Both the position numbers and the translations under genes were made by a program. This document shows, piece by piece, positions 28,510 through 39,383 of a DNA stretch of 64,000 nucleotides. Below the pieces are notes generated by a model. It ran no database searches. It was not told where the DNA came from and saw only the letters and a list, made by a program, of their open reading frames with translations. How positions within the stretch are numbered: the first letter of the stretch is position 1; the number at the start of each line of letters is the position of its first letter. Where the stretch lies: the IMG/VR virus record IMGVR_UViG_3300042973_000021, positions 32,001-96,000 of that record. One strand, written 5' to 3'. Source of the DNA: a virus. Lineage: Duplodnaviria; Caudoviricetes.

Positions 28510-30075
28510 CTAATTCACCAACCTCTCCTTCAATGTGATTCCACATTTTAATTCAAATCCGACTTCCTCTCGTGAAAAAACAATAATCTTTTCTACGTAA
28601 TTTTCAAACAGCTCATCCTCATAGGCTGTGAGCATTTTGGACTTAGTGGCAAACTTAAGTAAACGGTCAACTTCGTCTACTTTTGCAAAATTGCCATTGA
28701 CGGAACGAGTAAGTTGATCCTTTTCAGCAAGAAGCCTTTCTCTTTCTGCTTCCAGTGAATTCTTTTCTTTATTAAACAGGGCAGGTTCCAGATACCCTTT
28801 GGCCATTAAATCCGTCAGCATCTGGCTCTGCTCCATGTTGTTTTCAATCTTAGTTTCCAATTCTTCAATTCTGCGAAAACTTGCCGCATTGTTCTGGTTA
28901 CGTAACCCATTCAAAAGTGGTCTTAATATGAATTTCTGACCGAAAATGAGTTTATTCATCATCGTGACAAATGCAGTCTTTGTATCATCATCTCGTATGA
29001 ACTGCATAGAACATTCCGTTATATTGCTTATATGCTTACTGCAGCACCAAGCAATGTATTTTCTTGGACCGGATGAATGAATCCGTCTTTTAAAGGTACT
29101 GCCACATTCCGAGCAGATAATTTTGCTAGAGAAAGCATATCGGTTTAGATATTTGCTGTTGCGCTTTTCGATGCCTTTTTCTTTTGCTCTCTGATTAAGA
29201 ATGGCATCTACAGCTTCAAAATCCTCATAGCTGATAATTGCCTCATGGTGGTTTTCTACTAGATACATATTTTTCTCACCATAATTGGTATGCCTGTTAA
29301 AATGGCTGTCAGTATAAGTCTTTTGCAAAATAACGTCGCCAGTATATTTTTCATTGGTCAGAATCCCTCGAATGGTAGTAGCCGTCCAACGGCCACCTCT
29401 TTTTGATGGGATACCCTTTTGATTAAGATTATTTGCAACTTTCTGTGTACCTTTGCCCGATAATACTTCTGCAAAAATATACTTTACAATTTCAGCCTGC
29501 TTAGGGATTACTTTCATTTGACCATCAATGTTTTGATACCCATATGGTGGGTAGGAAATTATAAAGGTTCCGTTTTGAAATCGTCTTTGAATGGCCCACT
29601 TCGTATTCTCTGAAATGGAAATTGACTCACTTTCTGCAAGCCCACTTAAAATGGAGAGCATCAATTCACTTTCCATTGAACCTGTATTGATGTTTTCCTT
29701 CTCAAAATAGATATGAACCCCAAGGTCTATCAGTTTTCGAACCATCTCCAAGCAGTCTGTAGTATTTCTCGCAAATCGGCTGATGGACTTTGTAATGATT
29801 AAGTCAATTCTCCCAGTTTCACAGTCTGATAACATTCTAAGTAGGTCAGAGCGGTTTTCCTTTTTCGTGCCGCTGATACCCTCGTCATAATATAAGCCTG
29901 CGTATTCCCATTCTGGATTTGCCTTTATGTAGCTCTCATAATGGGCCTTTTGTGCTTGCAGGCTGACAAGTTGTTCATCACTGCCTGTTGAAACTCGGCA
30001 ATAGGCAACTACTCGTGTTTTTGGCTTAATAAAAGAGTTGGCCGTATTTCCTTCTATTTTCGTTATCTTTTTCAT
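28510..30075 (-). CDS. Large serine recombinase (integrase)
   Basis: [23 protein letters not shown], zinc ribbon CSECGS...WCC..H, coiled coil. Confidence 0.92.
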   Translation of the reverse strand: MKKITKIEGNTANSFIKPKTRVVAYCRVSTGSDEQLVSLQAQKAHYESYIKANPEWEYAGLYYDEGISGTKKENRSDLLRMLSDCETGRIDLIITKSISRFARNTTDCLEMVRKLIDLGVHIYFEKENINTGSMESELMLSILSGLAESESISISENTKWAIQRRFQNGTFIISYPPYGYQNIDGQMKVIPKQAEIVKYIFAEVLSGKGTQKVANNLNQKGIPSKRGGRWTATTIRGILTNEKYTGDVILQKTYTDSHFNRHTNYGEKNMYLVENHHEAIISYEDFEAVDAILNQRAKEKGIEKRNSKYLNRYAFSSKIICSECGSTFKRRIHSSGPRKYIAWCCSKHISNITECSMQFIRDDDTKTAFVTMMNKLIFGQKFILRPLLNGLRNQNNAASFRRIEELETKIENNMEQSQMLTDLMAKGYLEPALFNKEKNSLEAERERLLAEKDQLTRSVNGNFAKVDEVDRLLKFATKSKMLTAYEDELFENYVEKIIVFSREEVGFELKCGITLKERLVN

Positions 30076-30102
30076 CCTCTCACCTCCTTCTTGGTAGGTC
30101 AC

Positions 30103-30131
30103 ATATTACCTCTGAAACCCTTATATATCAA
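30103..30131 (-). promoter_or_regulatory. Sigma-A promoter of the recombinase cassette
   Basis: TTGATA-17 nt-TAATAT. Confidence 0.55.
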
Positions 30132-30358
30132 CGATTCGAGGGCATTATCTCCTTCAAAAATGGAGAGAAAGTTTGGCGATTTAGTGCGCCTATTTTGTTG
30201 AATTCCACTTCCGTTATTAAGCCTTTTTCGAGCATCTTACTCAGCAACTTTTCTGCCCTATAATAATCAAATTCTCTTTGAAGCGCCTCAGCACTTAAAA
30301 GTGTCTTTTTAGAAATGCTTATTTGATCTTGTTTATCTGTAATTTTAGTTATCTGCAT
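30128..30358 (-). CDS. Small SHOCT-like protein preceding the recombinases
   Basis: REFDY......ML..GLIT..EF.KI...NR..FSP pattern; GGAGG RBS. Confidence 0.7.
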   Translation of the reverse strand: MQITKITDKQDQISISKKTLLSAEALQREFDYYRAEKLLSKMLEKGLITEVEFNKIGALNRQTFSPFLKEIMPSNR

Positions 30359-30436
30359 ATAGGCAACCTCCATTTCTACAGTGAAAACCCTGCACCTATA
30401 TGCAAAAATCCCTAATGATTCGAACCCCTAAAGGTC

Positions 30437-30478
30437 AAAAAAAAATGACCCGAAGAGCTATTACACTCCTCAGGTCAT
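30437..30478 (-). terminator. Intrinsic terminator after the amidase
   Basis: ATGACC..GAG/CTC..GGTCAT stem plus a long U tract on the minus strand. Confidence 0.7.
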
Positions 30479-30489
30479 AGGTAAAAGTG

Positions 30490-31191
30490 TTAATCATACT
30501 TTATAAACGAATCCGTAAAGCCAGCCTTTTTCGCTTTGGCAAGCTGTGCCTCTGCATTGGCTTTTACAGAATAGGCACCGATTTGCACACGATAATATTT
30601 CTTTTTCTCCTGTTCTGCAGGCTTCTCTCCTTCACTTAATAGCTTTTTCACATCCGCTCTGAAGATATCCATGCTTTTTCCATGCTTTGGAAACCAGTTT
30701 TTCGGATCGCCATGATTACTTGCGATGCCTTTTTGATATCCTTCATAGTGGCCAATAACATCTTTTTCGGTTAAGTTATAGAGCTTGCAGAGATACACAC
30801 ACAGTTCTACCGCTTCCTTATAAACCGCATTAAAATACGAGGCATCGGTCAAACCGTCCTCGCAGATTTCAAAACCAATATGAGTATCATTTGCCTTTCC
30901 ACCTGCATGCCAGCCACGATGGTTCCATGGCAGGGTTTGATAAGTGGCAATTGAACCATCCTTAAGCTTTCCAATGAATGCATGAACACATACTTGCCTC
31001 CCACCTGGTTTATCCTGATTCCAGTGATTGTTGTACTCGTTTACACCCAACAGGCCATCGTCCGGTCCAACGTATCTACGAAGATACGGATTATTTGCAC
31101 CAGTGCTATGAACCATGATGCCCTTCGGTATAATCTTTCTGCCTGCCTTATAACACGCATTTTCAGTTAGAATAAGTTTCCTCAGATTCAT
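30490..31191 (-). CDS. Endolysin: N-acetylmuramoyl-L-alanine amidase with SPOR domain
   Basis: IMVHSTG, WHAG, GFEICE, HGDP; C-terminal YRVQIGAYS..NA. Confidence 0.9.
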   Translation of the reverse strand: MNLRKLILTENACYKAGRKIIPKGIMVHSTGANNPYLRRYVGPDDGLLGVNEYNNHWNQDKPGGRQVCVHAFIGKLKDGSIATYQTLPWNHRGWHAGGKANDTHIGFEICEDGLTDASYFNAVYKEAVELCVYLCKLYNLTEKDVIGHYEGYQKGIASNHGDPKNWFPKHGKSMDIFRADVKKLLSEGEKPAEQEKKKYYRVQIGAYSVKANAEAQLAKAKKAGFTDSFIKYD

Positions 31192-31598
31192 TACTCATTT
31201 CCTCCTTTGTTATGCAACTGTACAAGAATGTCTTTTAACTTTTCTGGTATTGGCAATCCTAGTCGACCAGCATTTTCTAACATAGATATTCCTTCATTGG
31301 AGCAATAAAAAAAGATAATGGCTGTCCGGAGCACGCTCCCCTCTCCGATAAGGTTCGTATCAATCATATGTCCGATTCCGACTAAAACAAAAATAAGCAC
31401 CTTCTTAAAGATGCCCCTAAATCCGATCTCACTAGATAGCTTCTTATCAACAATGGCACACATGACACCAGTGATATAATCAGCTATCGTCAATGCCACT
31501 AATGCATATAAAAAACCATCAAAACCACCTAAAAACCAGCCCAAGAATCCACCAAGTGCTGTAAGGGCAACTTGTACCCCATTCCATATTTCCTTCAT
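31191..31598 (-). CDS. Phage holin
   Basis: DYITG, LSS.IG..GI.KK, NEGIS..EN...G.PIP; hydrophobic; adjacent to the amidase. Confidence 0.9.
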   Translation of the reverse strand: MKEIWNGVQVALTALGGFLGWFLGGFDGFLYALVALTIADYITGVMCAIVDKKLSSEIGFRGIFKKVLIFVLVGIGHMIDTNLIGEGSVLRTAIIFFYCSNEGISMLENAGRLGLPIPEKLKDILVQLHNKGGNE

Positions 31599-31676
31599 GA
31601 TTTTTACCTCCTTCGTGATTGGTGAATATATAAAAAGAGTGCTTGCAATTTTTCGCAAACACTCCTGAATCGTTAA

Positions 31677-34148
31677 TTATATTTGTTTAGGCAGTGCCTC
31701 CCATAGCCTCATATCCTCTTGGCCTAAAGACCATATGGCAATTCCTCTAAGCTTCCATCGATACGCTGCCTCGTTTGCCCAATAAACAAGGCTGTCTACA
31801 TCCTGATAATAAAGAATAGAAAAACCGTCAGCATCTCCAAGAAACAAACGTGAAATCCAGACATTGATGTCCTTGGGAACGATTTTTACTGAATAATCAT
31901 TTCCACAGACTAATGGCAAAAGACCTGAATGGAAGAAATCATAATCCATAGAGATGTCCTGGTTTCGTGTAGAAGCTTCCTCCACATCATTGTTAACTGT
32001 GAAAACCTGAAACTCACTATCCCATGTTACACCGGTTCTTGCCAGCCGCCCATACTCAGTTGTGGTTCCATCCGGGAAGGTTACATCAAACCTTTCATAA
32101 GGTTCATAAGTCCAGGCATCTCCCAGTCTAAGTAATTCACATAGAATACGTCCATCAGACCGAACCCCGGCATACCCTCCTGAAAAACCACTAAGCGTCG
32201 CTGTAAAGCGCAAAACATTGCTTGCTCCAGAATAAACCCTCACAGAGTTACCTCGTATCCTCATTTCAATGGTGTACATTCTTGGATTTGAGCGAAGATC
32301 TGCTGATGCCGTTTTAACGATTTCAGTGGTGTAACTGCCAATTAAAGAAGCACCATTATATAGTTCAATACGCTGTGTATTAAAGTTTAAACAGCAAAAG
32401 ACATTACCACAAAAAATGCCTGCACGACCACTTCCCTCTGGAGTAAAGGCCAACCTTGCCCGCAAATGAACATCTGAAAACCCACTATACTTCCACGCCA
32501 ATTGGCCATACCCGTCAAGCTGCGAATAGGGACGACTGGCGGGATCATTTTGATTTTGCCATACCTGCCACTCGCCGCTTAGTGCTGTCCAGTAGCTGGA
32601 GGGAAGTGGATTGTCATCTCTGAAGTCTTCATACCAAATTAGTGCTGAATCAGGCTTTCTGCGTAGCACCTCAGTGGTCAATTTAAAACCTTTATCGGGT
32701 TCAGCCATTAAACCGTTCACATCTTTAAATTTGCGAGGAGATAGCATAAACTCTGCCTCTCCAGCAGAAGGTTCTTCAGAAAAACTCGAACATACTCGAA
32801 ATCCATAGAACTGCACACCTGGTACTGAGGTACTAACGCTGACAGTATGGGTACCAGCTGAAAGAAATACACCAGAAACCAAGGAAAGCCAACAAGTTGT
32901 TCGCCAATATGGCCACCACAGCCTATTCTCGCTAAATACCTTACTTGTCCCGTCAAGTGAAACATGAATGCTATTCTTATCCCAGAAGGGAAATGAGATG
33001 CGAATGGCTACATCATAAATACCAGCAGATGAAATTTCAAATTCGTATTCGGCTTCACCTTCTTCACCAAGTGTTATCATTTGAGAAGAAACCGATACAT
33101 TACCAGTATAGCTATCAGGAGTTCCGCCACTACGATCTACATATATCGTGCCAAATTCAGTTTTTTGCTGCTTGCTATAGGCAGTCAAATACCTGCGACG
33201 GTTATAAGTTTCACCCAGTAAAGGATAGGTTCTTGAAACTGCATCCCAGCCTTCCATGTAGTCATACACATGTGGCAAGGCCCAAGGCACCTTATCATAA
33301 TCATCCCAATACGCTATGATAGGAATCATGGGCTGTGGTGGTCCATCATCCGTAAAGTTATATCCCCCTGTCATCCAAAGCTGTGCCGCATAATATGTGT
33401 TTGAAATCCCACGATAAGTGATGCCCAGATTTTCTGGTGTATCGTGGATTCTCCAGTTCCAACCATATGCAGGCAGTCCTAAAAATATTTTTTCAGGAGT
33501 CATAACCCGGACTGCATAATCATAAATGCCTTCCAACCAATCCCTGGGAGATACCGAACCCGGTGCAGAGCCTGCCCACGCCATGCCATAACTCATAATC
33601 GCTGCTGTATCACAATAGGCATTCAAGTCTTCATAAACACACCAGTTTTCGCCACCAACCGAGCCTTGTACTCCAGTCATGCCCGGTAGACAAATATTTA
33701 CGAGTTTCGAAGAATCATAGGCTTTAACAGAGTTATATATGTCTCGAAATAGAGCATTAGCAGCATCCTTGTTTTCATAGCCACCTCCACGTTCCAAGTC
33801 TATATCCACTCCAGCACACCAAGGATACTTATTCATGATGCGAATAATCTCAGTAAGAAATTTATCCTTTGCACCATTGGTGTTATTTCTAAGGGCTGTA
33901 AAAATAGAAGCCGTACCATGGTTCATGATTGTAAGCAGCCATTTGATATGAGGCCAGCGGTTAATGTAAGTAAGCATACTGGATATGCTTGTTCCTGTTT
34001 CTGTTATGGTCCCGGTGATATCCACTTCAAAAGTAAAAATACCCACCGTATCAATTCGATCACCATAGTCTCGTAATGCTTGATACATGCGGGTATTCCC
34101 CATGAAACTCCAGACCATACAACGCTTACCTTTTAAATAGTCAATCAA
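31677..34148 (-). CDS. Glycoside hydrolase family 18 protein with inserted beta-rich domains
   Basis: GVDIDLE (DxDxE), IMSY, LGLPAYG, GIAIWSLGQED. Confidence 0.85.
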   Translation of the reverse strand: MIDYLKGKRCMVWSFMGNTRMYQALRDYGDRIDTVGIFTFEVDITGTITETGTSISSMLTYINRWPHIKWLLTIMNHGTASIFTALRNNTNGAKDKFLTEIIRIMNKYPWCAGVDIDLERGGGYENKDAANALFRDIYNSVKAYDSSKLVNICLPGMTGVQGSVGGENWCVYEDLNAYCDTAAIMSYGMAWAGSAPGSVSPRDWLEGIYDYAVRVMTPEKIFLGLPAYGWNWRIHDTPENLGITYRGISNTYYAAQLWMTGGYNFTDDGPPQPMIPIIAYWDDYDKVPWALPHVYDYMEGWDAVSRTYPLLGETYNRRRYLTAYSKQQKTEFGTIYVDRSGGTPDSYTGNVSVSSQMITLGEEGEAEYEFEISSAGIYDVAIRISFPFWDKNSIHVSLDGTSKVFSENRLWWPYWRTTCWLSLVSGVFLSAGTHTVSVSTSVPGVQFYGFRVCSSFSEEPSAGEAEFMLSPRKFKDVNGLMAEPDKGFKLTTEVLRRKPDSALIWYEDFRDDNPLPSSYWTALSGEWQVWQNQNDPASRPYSQLDGYGQLAWKYSGFSDVHLRARLAFTPEGSGRAGIFCGNVFCCLNFNTQRIELYNGASLIGSYTTEIVKTASADLRSNPRMYTIEMRIRGNSVRVYSGASNVLRFTATLSGFSGGYAGVRSDGRILCELLRLGDAWTYEPYERFDVTFPDGTTTEYGRLARTGVTWDSEFQVFTVNNDVEEASTRNQDISMDYDFFHSGLLPLVCGNDYSVKIVPKDINVWISRLFLGDADGFSILYYQDVDSLVYWANEAAYRWKLRGIAIWSLGQEDMRLWEALPKQI

Positions 34149-34735
34149 AGGCGCTCACTTCCTTCCTGCATTTCTTGAAACTCAAATAATACCCGGGCTG
34201 ATTTTCTGTCTTCTAGCTTTATCACATGTTTGCTATCACCGGATGCTGTATATTGAAAAAAACCTTCCTTATCAGTTGGGTTTCCGTTCTTTAAACACTG
34301 CCTAGTTGATGCTAGTAGCGAAAAGGTATCACCTGGACTAACTGCCTCATTAAATATCACCTTGTGCGCCCCTGCTCCTTGAGACAATTGGATACTGCCT
34401 GCAGCCATATTTTGGTTGGGATAAATATGACAGTCAAGGCCAGCGGAAGTTGAACCCAGATTGAAGAGAATAACCGTCTCTCCGCTACGAACCACTCCGT
34501 TATAAAAACGAGCGGGAACAATAACACCGCCCTCCCGGAATTTTTGAAGCATCGTTTCTGTATTAATTGTATAACCAGTTAGACGATCACCTTCCTGAGC
34601 CTGAATATCAGTGAAATAAACAGTACCTGTGCAATCTCCAAGAAGTAGTTTCACTGTTACGCTTACTACTCGTTTATCCTCTTTACAATGAATCGTCTCA
34701 GCAAACCTGGTAAATGTTACTGACATCTGCACCAC
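34145..34735 (-). CDS. Tail/baseplate-region hypothetical protein
   Basis: 196-aa ORF overlapping the GH18 start; N-terminus resembles the preceding 64-aa ORF (DC.G.V.FTD...Q.G). Confidence 0.7.
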   Translation of the reverse strand: MVQMSVTFTRFAETIHCKEDKRVVSVTVKLLLGDCTGTVYFTDIQAQEGDRLTGYTINTETMLQKFREGGVIVPARFYNGVVRSGETVILFNLGSTSAGLDCHIYPNQNMAAGSIQLSQGAGAHKVIFNEAVSPGDTFSLLASTRQCLKNGNPTDKEGFFQYTASGDSKHVIKLEDRKSARVLFEFQEMQEGSERL

Positions 34736-34930
34736 CTACCCATCCAACGTCCACTTAATTTCTGACACATGACCAATCCAGCCCGTAGCAACAGAACCAC
34801 CTTGCAAAAGCATATCTGTAAAGAACACCTCACCAGAACAATCAGTAATGAAAAGACGGATGGTAAGCGACTTTATCTTTCCAATACCTCTCGGTGTAAT
34901 AGCATGTGCTGTCTGTGAAAAATAAGCCAT
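34736..34930 (-). CDS. Small tail protein (beta-sandwich fragment)
   Basis: AAGGAG RBS; in frame with both neighbours. Confidence 0.6.
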   Translation of the reverse strand: MAYFSQTAHAITPRGIGKIKSLTIRLFITDCSGEVFFTDMLLQGGSVATGWIGHVSEIKWTLDG

Positions 34931-34945
34931 AGCACTGGCTCCTTC

Positions 34946-37468
34946 CTAAAAGAGATCAATAAACCTGGTTTCTGTCGACCCATCCTCATATTCAATGACA
35001 ACTTCAATCCCAACTTGCCCGTTTGGCCCTTTCTGAAGATTTTCCGATGCAATCTGCGCTGAGAAAGTGTAACTCTTCCTACTGGCAGGATAAACGGTCT
35101 GGGATAGACTTTTCGTCATCCCTAAAACGCCCTCAGCTTTAAAAGAAGCTGTTCCTGATACACCATTATTAGGGTCAACTGTAAAACCTGAACTTAACCA
35201 ATAGGTTAGACCATCATCAGCTCGTGAATTTCGTAGATGATTAAAAGGCACTAAGTCTTTTAATTCCTGACGGTCAAGAACATCAGTGGAAGATAAAATA
35301 TCGGCTGCTTTATCCCATCCAGCAGAGGAATCTCCTAATTCTCTTAAAGTTGTTGATAGCTCCAGCACTGTTTTCCATGGTTCTTGTAGATTATATTGTC
35401 TGCGAACTACACGAGTTTTGACAGATAACTTCAAATCTCTATCATCCACAGTTACTATATCACCTAGTTTCCATGCCTCATGCTCATATCCTGTCAACAC
35501 TGATAAGTCCATTGCAGAGAGAACATATGAGATTCGTGGCTTCGCATACTGAGCTAAGCGCATATTAGCGAACTCAAGCAGCTGATAAGGGTTGCTGATT
35601 GATGAAGCATCCAGCGTTCCAACTCTAACTTCTGATGAATAGCTATAATCCTCAACATACTCTTTATTACCATTGATAGAAGCAAATGTTATACCATCTT
35701 TTCCATAAGCATAAAGGCGAGTGATTAGACTTCTAGTATCCACTACGCGCTGTATACTTTTCATGTTCTTTCTATAGCAAAATAATGCCCCACTATCAGT
35801 ACCTCCAAATGTCAAAAGGTGTACCAGACGATTGGCACTATCGAAAATCAAGTCACCACCATGAATATTCTGTATGGCTCGAAGAATAGATAAAGCATTC
35901 TTCTCTGTTGATTGCCATGTTCGTTTTGTACTGACAGTGACATTTCCTAATGACCAGCCAGTACCAAGTAAGGCATAGCGCATAGGTACTTCTGGTGTCT
36001 CTGCGACAAATTCCATGGGTTCTTTTTCAGCGCTAAAGGAAAGATCATAAAATGCAGCTTCCGCATATACCTGAGTTACAACTCTTCCATCTGAGCTTTT
36101 CTCATCTGTTATGGTTCGAATACGATAAACATCATTGACAATCTGCACCTGTTTTTCATTGTCTAAGGTCTCGCGCTTGGAATCATGAAATGGCAGTTTA
36201 AACTCCAAAATATCAGCTCCATTCACCTCACTTGTTACCACAATATCAAAGGCATTTTCTAACACCGCTTCCCAAGCCCCGTTAGTATCCAACACAACTG
36301 GTCTGGCAAATCCAAGTCTCTCATAAGGAGGTTTTGGTATATCATGTAGTTGTATTTCAAGAAGTTTAGGAGTTCTACTGGTGTCTTGAGTAGATAATGT
36401 AATTCGATAACGGATATATTCTCTGTTAGGCGACTGCAGTTCCCCACTTGCTCCAACGGCCTGCCATTCAGTCCAGCTAGACAGATCGTCTGATGTAGAA
36501 GTTTCCACTAGGCTTATGGCTGTTATACCTGCGGTGTATTCACTTGTAACTGATACCCTGCCCGTTCCTGCAAGACTACAGGCAGCTGCTATCGTAAAAA
36601 GCTGACCACTTTGTGCATAGACTCCGTTTGTTGCTTTCAACATGACAGAGCCAGGGTCCGCAAGAGCATCTACATCAGCAGCACTGTCACCACCGTTTGC
36701 CAAAATTGAAGATTTGAAATAGGAAATAAGATCCTCCATGGTAAGTAAAGAATCTTTTTCATAAAACCAGTCATCAAATCCTCCTGCGTAATAATAGGTA
36801 TTTGCATGCATCCCCATCACAATATCCGCAACACAAGATTGATTTAAGTCTCCAGTGAATGTTCGAACTGGAGATTGCCAAACAGCGCCATCACTTCGGT
36901 CACAAAGTAAGTTCTGCACCCTTTTGTTGTTTACCTCGATAACAGAAGCGATAAAGTACCACCCGTTATTCTTTAGGGTAATAGTAGGCGTTTCGGTCTG
37001 ATCATATATCAAGGAGCCTGAGGCATTATACAGCATTAATCGCAACCTTCCCTGAAATAAAGAAACATAAAAAATTGGCTGACCAGGCCCTTGTCTAGTA
37101 TTAAAAATCGGGATATACGTCTGCCCTACAGAATAAGTAGTTGGATTTATCCATCCGCCAACAACAATCTTTTCACCTAAATCACTAAAAAAGCTACCGT
37201 CATTGGTAGCCACTAAATGAGTCTTTTCACTTGTTGGATTAATGATATTCTGCCTGAAATATCTTCCTAATCTACCGGATAACAAGTTGGCTGATGTGCC
37301 TGACCATCCGGATACAAAGAAGTTTCTGTTATGACCGGAGTCATCTGTAAGCATATTGTTGCTATCTGGTGCGGCTTCATTAAATCGCCACAGAGCAACT
37401 GTCTTCTCGCTTACAGGAAACTCACCCGTAAAATCCGTCTGTGATGTTAAGATTGATTTAATTGCCAC
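34946..37468 (-). CDS. Tail spike/Tal-like minor structural protein with N-terminal LamG/ConA-like domain
   Basis: ALWRFNE...W..I...DD (LamG-like); TRLYAYGKDG and LGD.VTV.D (prophage tail endopeptidase-like). Confidence 0.8.
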   Translation of the reverse strand: MAIKSILTSQTDFTGEFPVSEKTVALWRFNEAAPDSNNMLTDDSGHNRNFFVSGWSGTSANLLSGRLGRYFRQNIINPTSEKTHLVATNDGSFFSDLGEKIVVGGWINPTTYSVGQTYIPIFNTRQGPGQPIFYVSLFQGRLRLMLYNASGSLIYDQTETPTITLKNNGWYFIASVIEVNNKRVQNLLCDRSDGAVWQSPVRTFTGDLNQSCVADIVMGMHANTYYYAGGFDDWFYEKDSLLTMEDLISYFKSSILANGGDSAADVDALADPGSVMLKATNGVYAQSGQLFTIAAACSLAGTGRVSVTSEYTAGITAISLVETSTSDDLSSWTEWQAVGASGELQSPNREYIRYRITLSTQDTSRTPKLLEIQLHDIPKPPYERLGFARPVVLDTNGAWEAVLENAFDIVVTSEVNGADILEFKLPFHDSKRETLDNEKQVQIVNDVYRIRTITDEKSSDGRVVTQVYAEAAFYDLSFSAEKEPMEFVAETPEVPMRYALLGTGWSLGNVTVSTKRTWQSTEKNALSILRAIQNIHGGDLIFDSANRLVHLLTFGGTDSGALFCYRKNMKSIQRVVDTRSLITRLYAYGKDGITFASINGNKEYVEDYSYSSEVRVGTLDASSISNPYQLLEFANMRLAQYAKPRISYVLSAMDLSVLTGYEHEAWKLGDIVTVDDRDLKLSVKTRVVRRQYNLQEPWKTVLELSTTLRELGDSSAGWDKAADILSSTDVLDRQELKDLVPFNHLRNSRADDGLTYWLSSGFTVDPNNGVSGTASFKAEGVLGMTKSLSQTVYPASRKSYTFSAQIASENLQKGPNGQVGIEVVIEYEDGSTETRFIDLF

Positions 37469-37472
37469 CAGA

Positions 37473-38246
37473 TCACCTCCATCTGCTTTTGGCCAGAATC
37501 TTCAGCTCCGAAAATGTTGCTCCCACAGCTGATACTGTTATTTCATTTTCACCTTTGTGAAGTACAGGGAAGTTTAACTCATCCAGGACTGGAAGCCCAT
37601 TTCGAAGTGTATTTCCGTTGGCATCGGTTATTTTTGCTGTCACTAATCCGCTATCAATTACAAGCACTTCATCTGCCGTCAAAGCTCCAACTACTCGAAG
37701 TTCCTCTCCATTCGTGGTAATAGAAATATATGTGGATGTAGATCCACTTATTGATCCCTTAAGTTGATATATCGGTTCTGAATCTGTATTCCCGGTTATT
37801 CTTTGGATCTCATGAGTTCCAACACTTGAAATCGTGAATTGTTCATCTGTCAGCGCATAGGCGTGAGGATCAGGACAGATAAACTTCAACTCAAAGGCAC
37901 CTGCAGTTCTAAGTAATCTCTCGCATTCTACTTGTTCAGTGAGGCGAGCAAAAAAGAATCGATTCGGAATATCCTCTAATATAAGCTGCTTAAGGCCGTT
38001 CATAGGGTTGAGCCACTCTGCAAGATCATCTAACACGCTCACTAAATCTGCAAAGCTCTTTTGAGGATATATGCTACAGCTAATCGTAATGATCCGCTCT
38101 GAGATATCACAACCAAAGTCAGCAACCCCTGCCTTCCCCGGAACAACCTCATACGCGTTTCTTAATGCGGGCGATGCCTGCCAACTTGTGAGCCTTGCTT
38201 TTATCTTCATATTCTTTGAGTTAATACCGTTATAAATAAAGCCCAT
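37473..38246 (-). CDS. Distal tail protein (Dit)
   Basis: GF.YNG..S, VPG..G, F.C.DP.AY; located after the tape measure gene. Confidence 0.8.
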   Translation of the reverse strand: MGFIYNGINSKNMKIKARLTSWQASPALRNAYEVVPGKAGVADFGCDISERIITISCSIYPQKSFADLVSVLDDLAEWLNPMNGLKQLILEDIPNRFFFARLTEQVECERLLRTAGAFELKFICPDPHAYALTDEQFTISSVGTHEIQRITGNTDSEPIYQLKGSISGSTSTYISITTNGEELRVVGALTADEVLVIDSGLVTAKITDANGNTLRNGLPVLDELNFPVLHKGENEITVSAVGATFSELKILAKSRWR

Positions 38247-39383
38247 ACATCGCCCTCCTTTACGCAGTTATAAATCTTCCTTGTGCTCGAGATCCTGTCT
38301 GCATCAAATTGTATAACTCCTGTGAAATCTTCCGAATATCGTCTTCACTTCGAACAATCATCTGCTGTATCGTAATTAATGACCCTCCAAATGTTCCATA
38401 TCCGCTACTAATACCGGCTCCATTCATATTCAGATTAGGGTTAATGTCAAAATCAGTAGGGATAGCGTTTTGCATATCCTGGCTAACACTATTCATGGCT
38501 TTTTCAAAACCGACACCAATACCCTCTCCCATGTTTTCGCCAATTCCAGCAAACAATGTAGATGGCGATCGAATTCCAAAGAAATTTTTTATTTTATCTA
38601 CTACACCACCAAAAAAGCCTGAGATTTTATCCCAAAGCCAGGCTCCAGCATCTGAAATACCCTGCCACAAACCTTTGATTAAATTGGTCCCAACCTGGGC
38701 AATTTGCCAAATAGATCCTGTAAAACCTTTAACCAGTGCCGCAATAATTTGTGGCACTGCTTTAACAACCTCTACTATAATGGCTGGAAGGTTCTTAATC
38801 AGCGAAACCAACAGCATGATTCCTGCTTGAATGATCTGTGGTATGCTGCCAATAATAGCATTCACAAGGGAGGATACAATCTTTGGTATAGCAGTAATAA
38901 CTGTTGTAATAATTAGTGGTAGATTTTGAATCAGTGCCACTAGCAGTTGAACCCCAGCATCAATGAGCAGTGGGATTGAGCCCAAAATCGCTGTGATTAA
39001 CCCGTCAACAATCTGAGGAATTGCTTCTACAATGGCGGTAATGATTTCTGGCAAAGCACCAATTAAAGATGTCAGAAGTTGAATACCAGCCTCGATTATT
39101 TGAGGTATTGCGCCTATAACAAAATTTACTATGCCAGTAATAATGGCTGGCAAAGCCGCGATCAGCACTGGAAGGGCATCTAAAATACCTTGAGTTAATC
39201 CAAGTACAAGTTGCAGAGCTGCTTCTAAAACCATAGGAAGGTTATCCAAAAGCCCCTGTACGATTTGTACCACCGCTGAAACTGCAGCAGGAATTAACTG
39301 TGGCAGAGCTTCTGCAATTCCACTTATTATGGTTCCAATCATTTGAATACCTGCTGTAATTAGCGCTGGAAGTGTTTCAATGA

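Noticed and set aside
38600-39380. Repetitive LPxII/AG.QL pattern
   Set aside because: Ordinary amphipathic repeats of a tape measure protein, not a DNA repeat array
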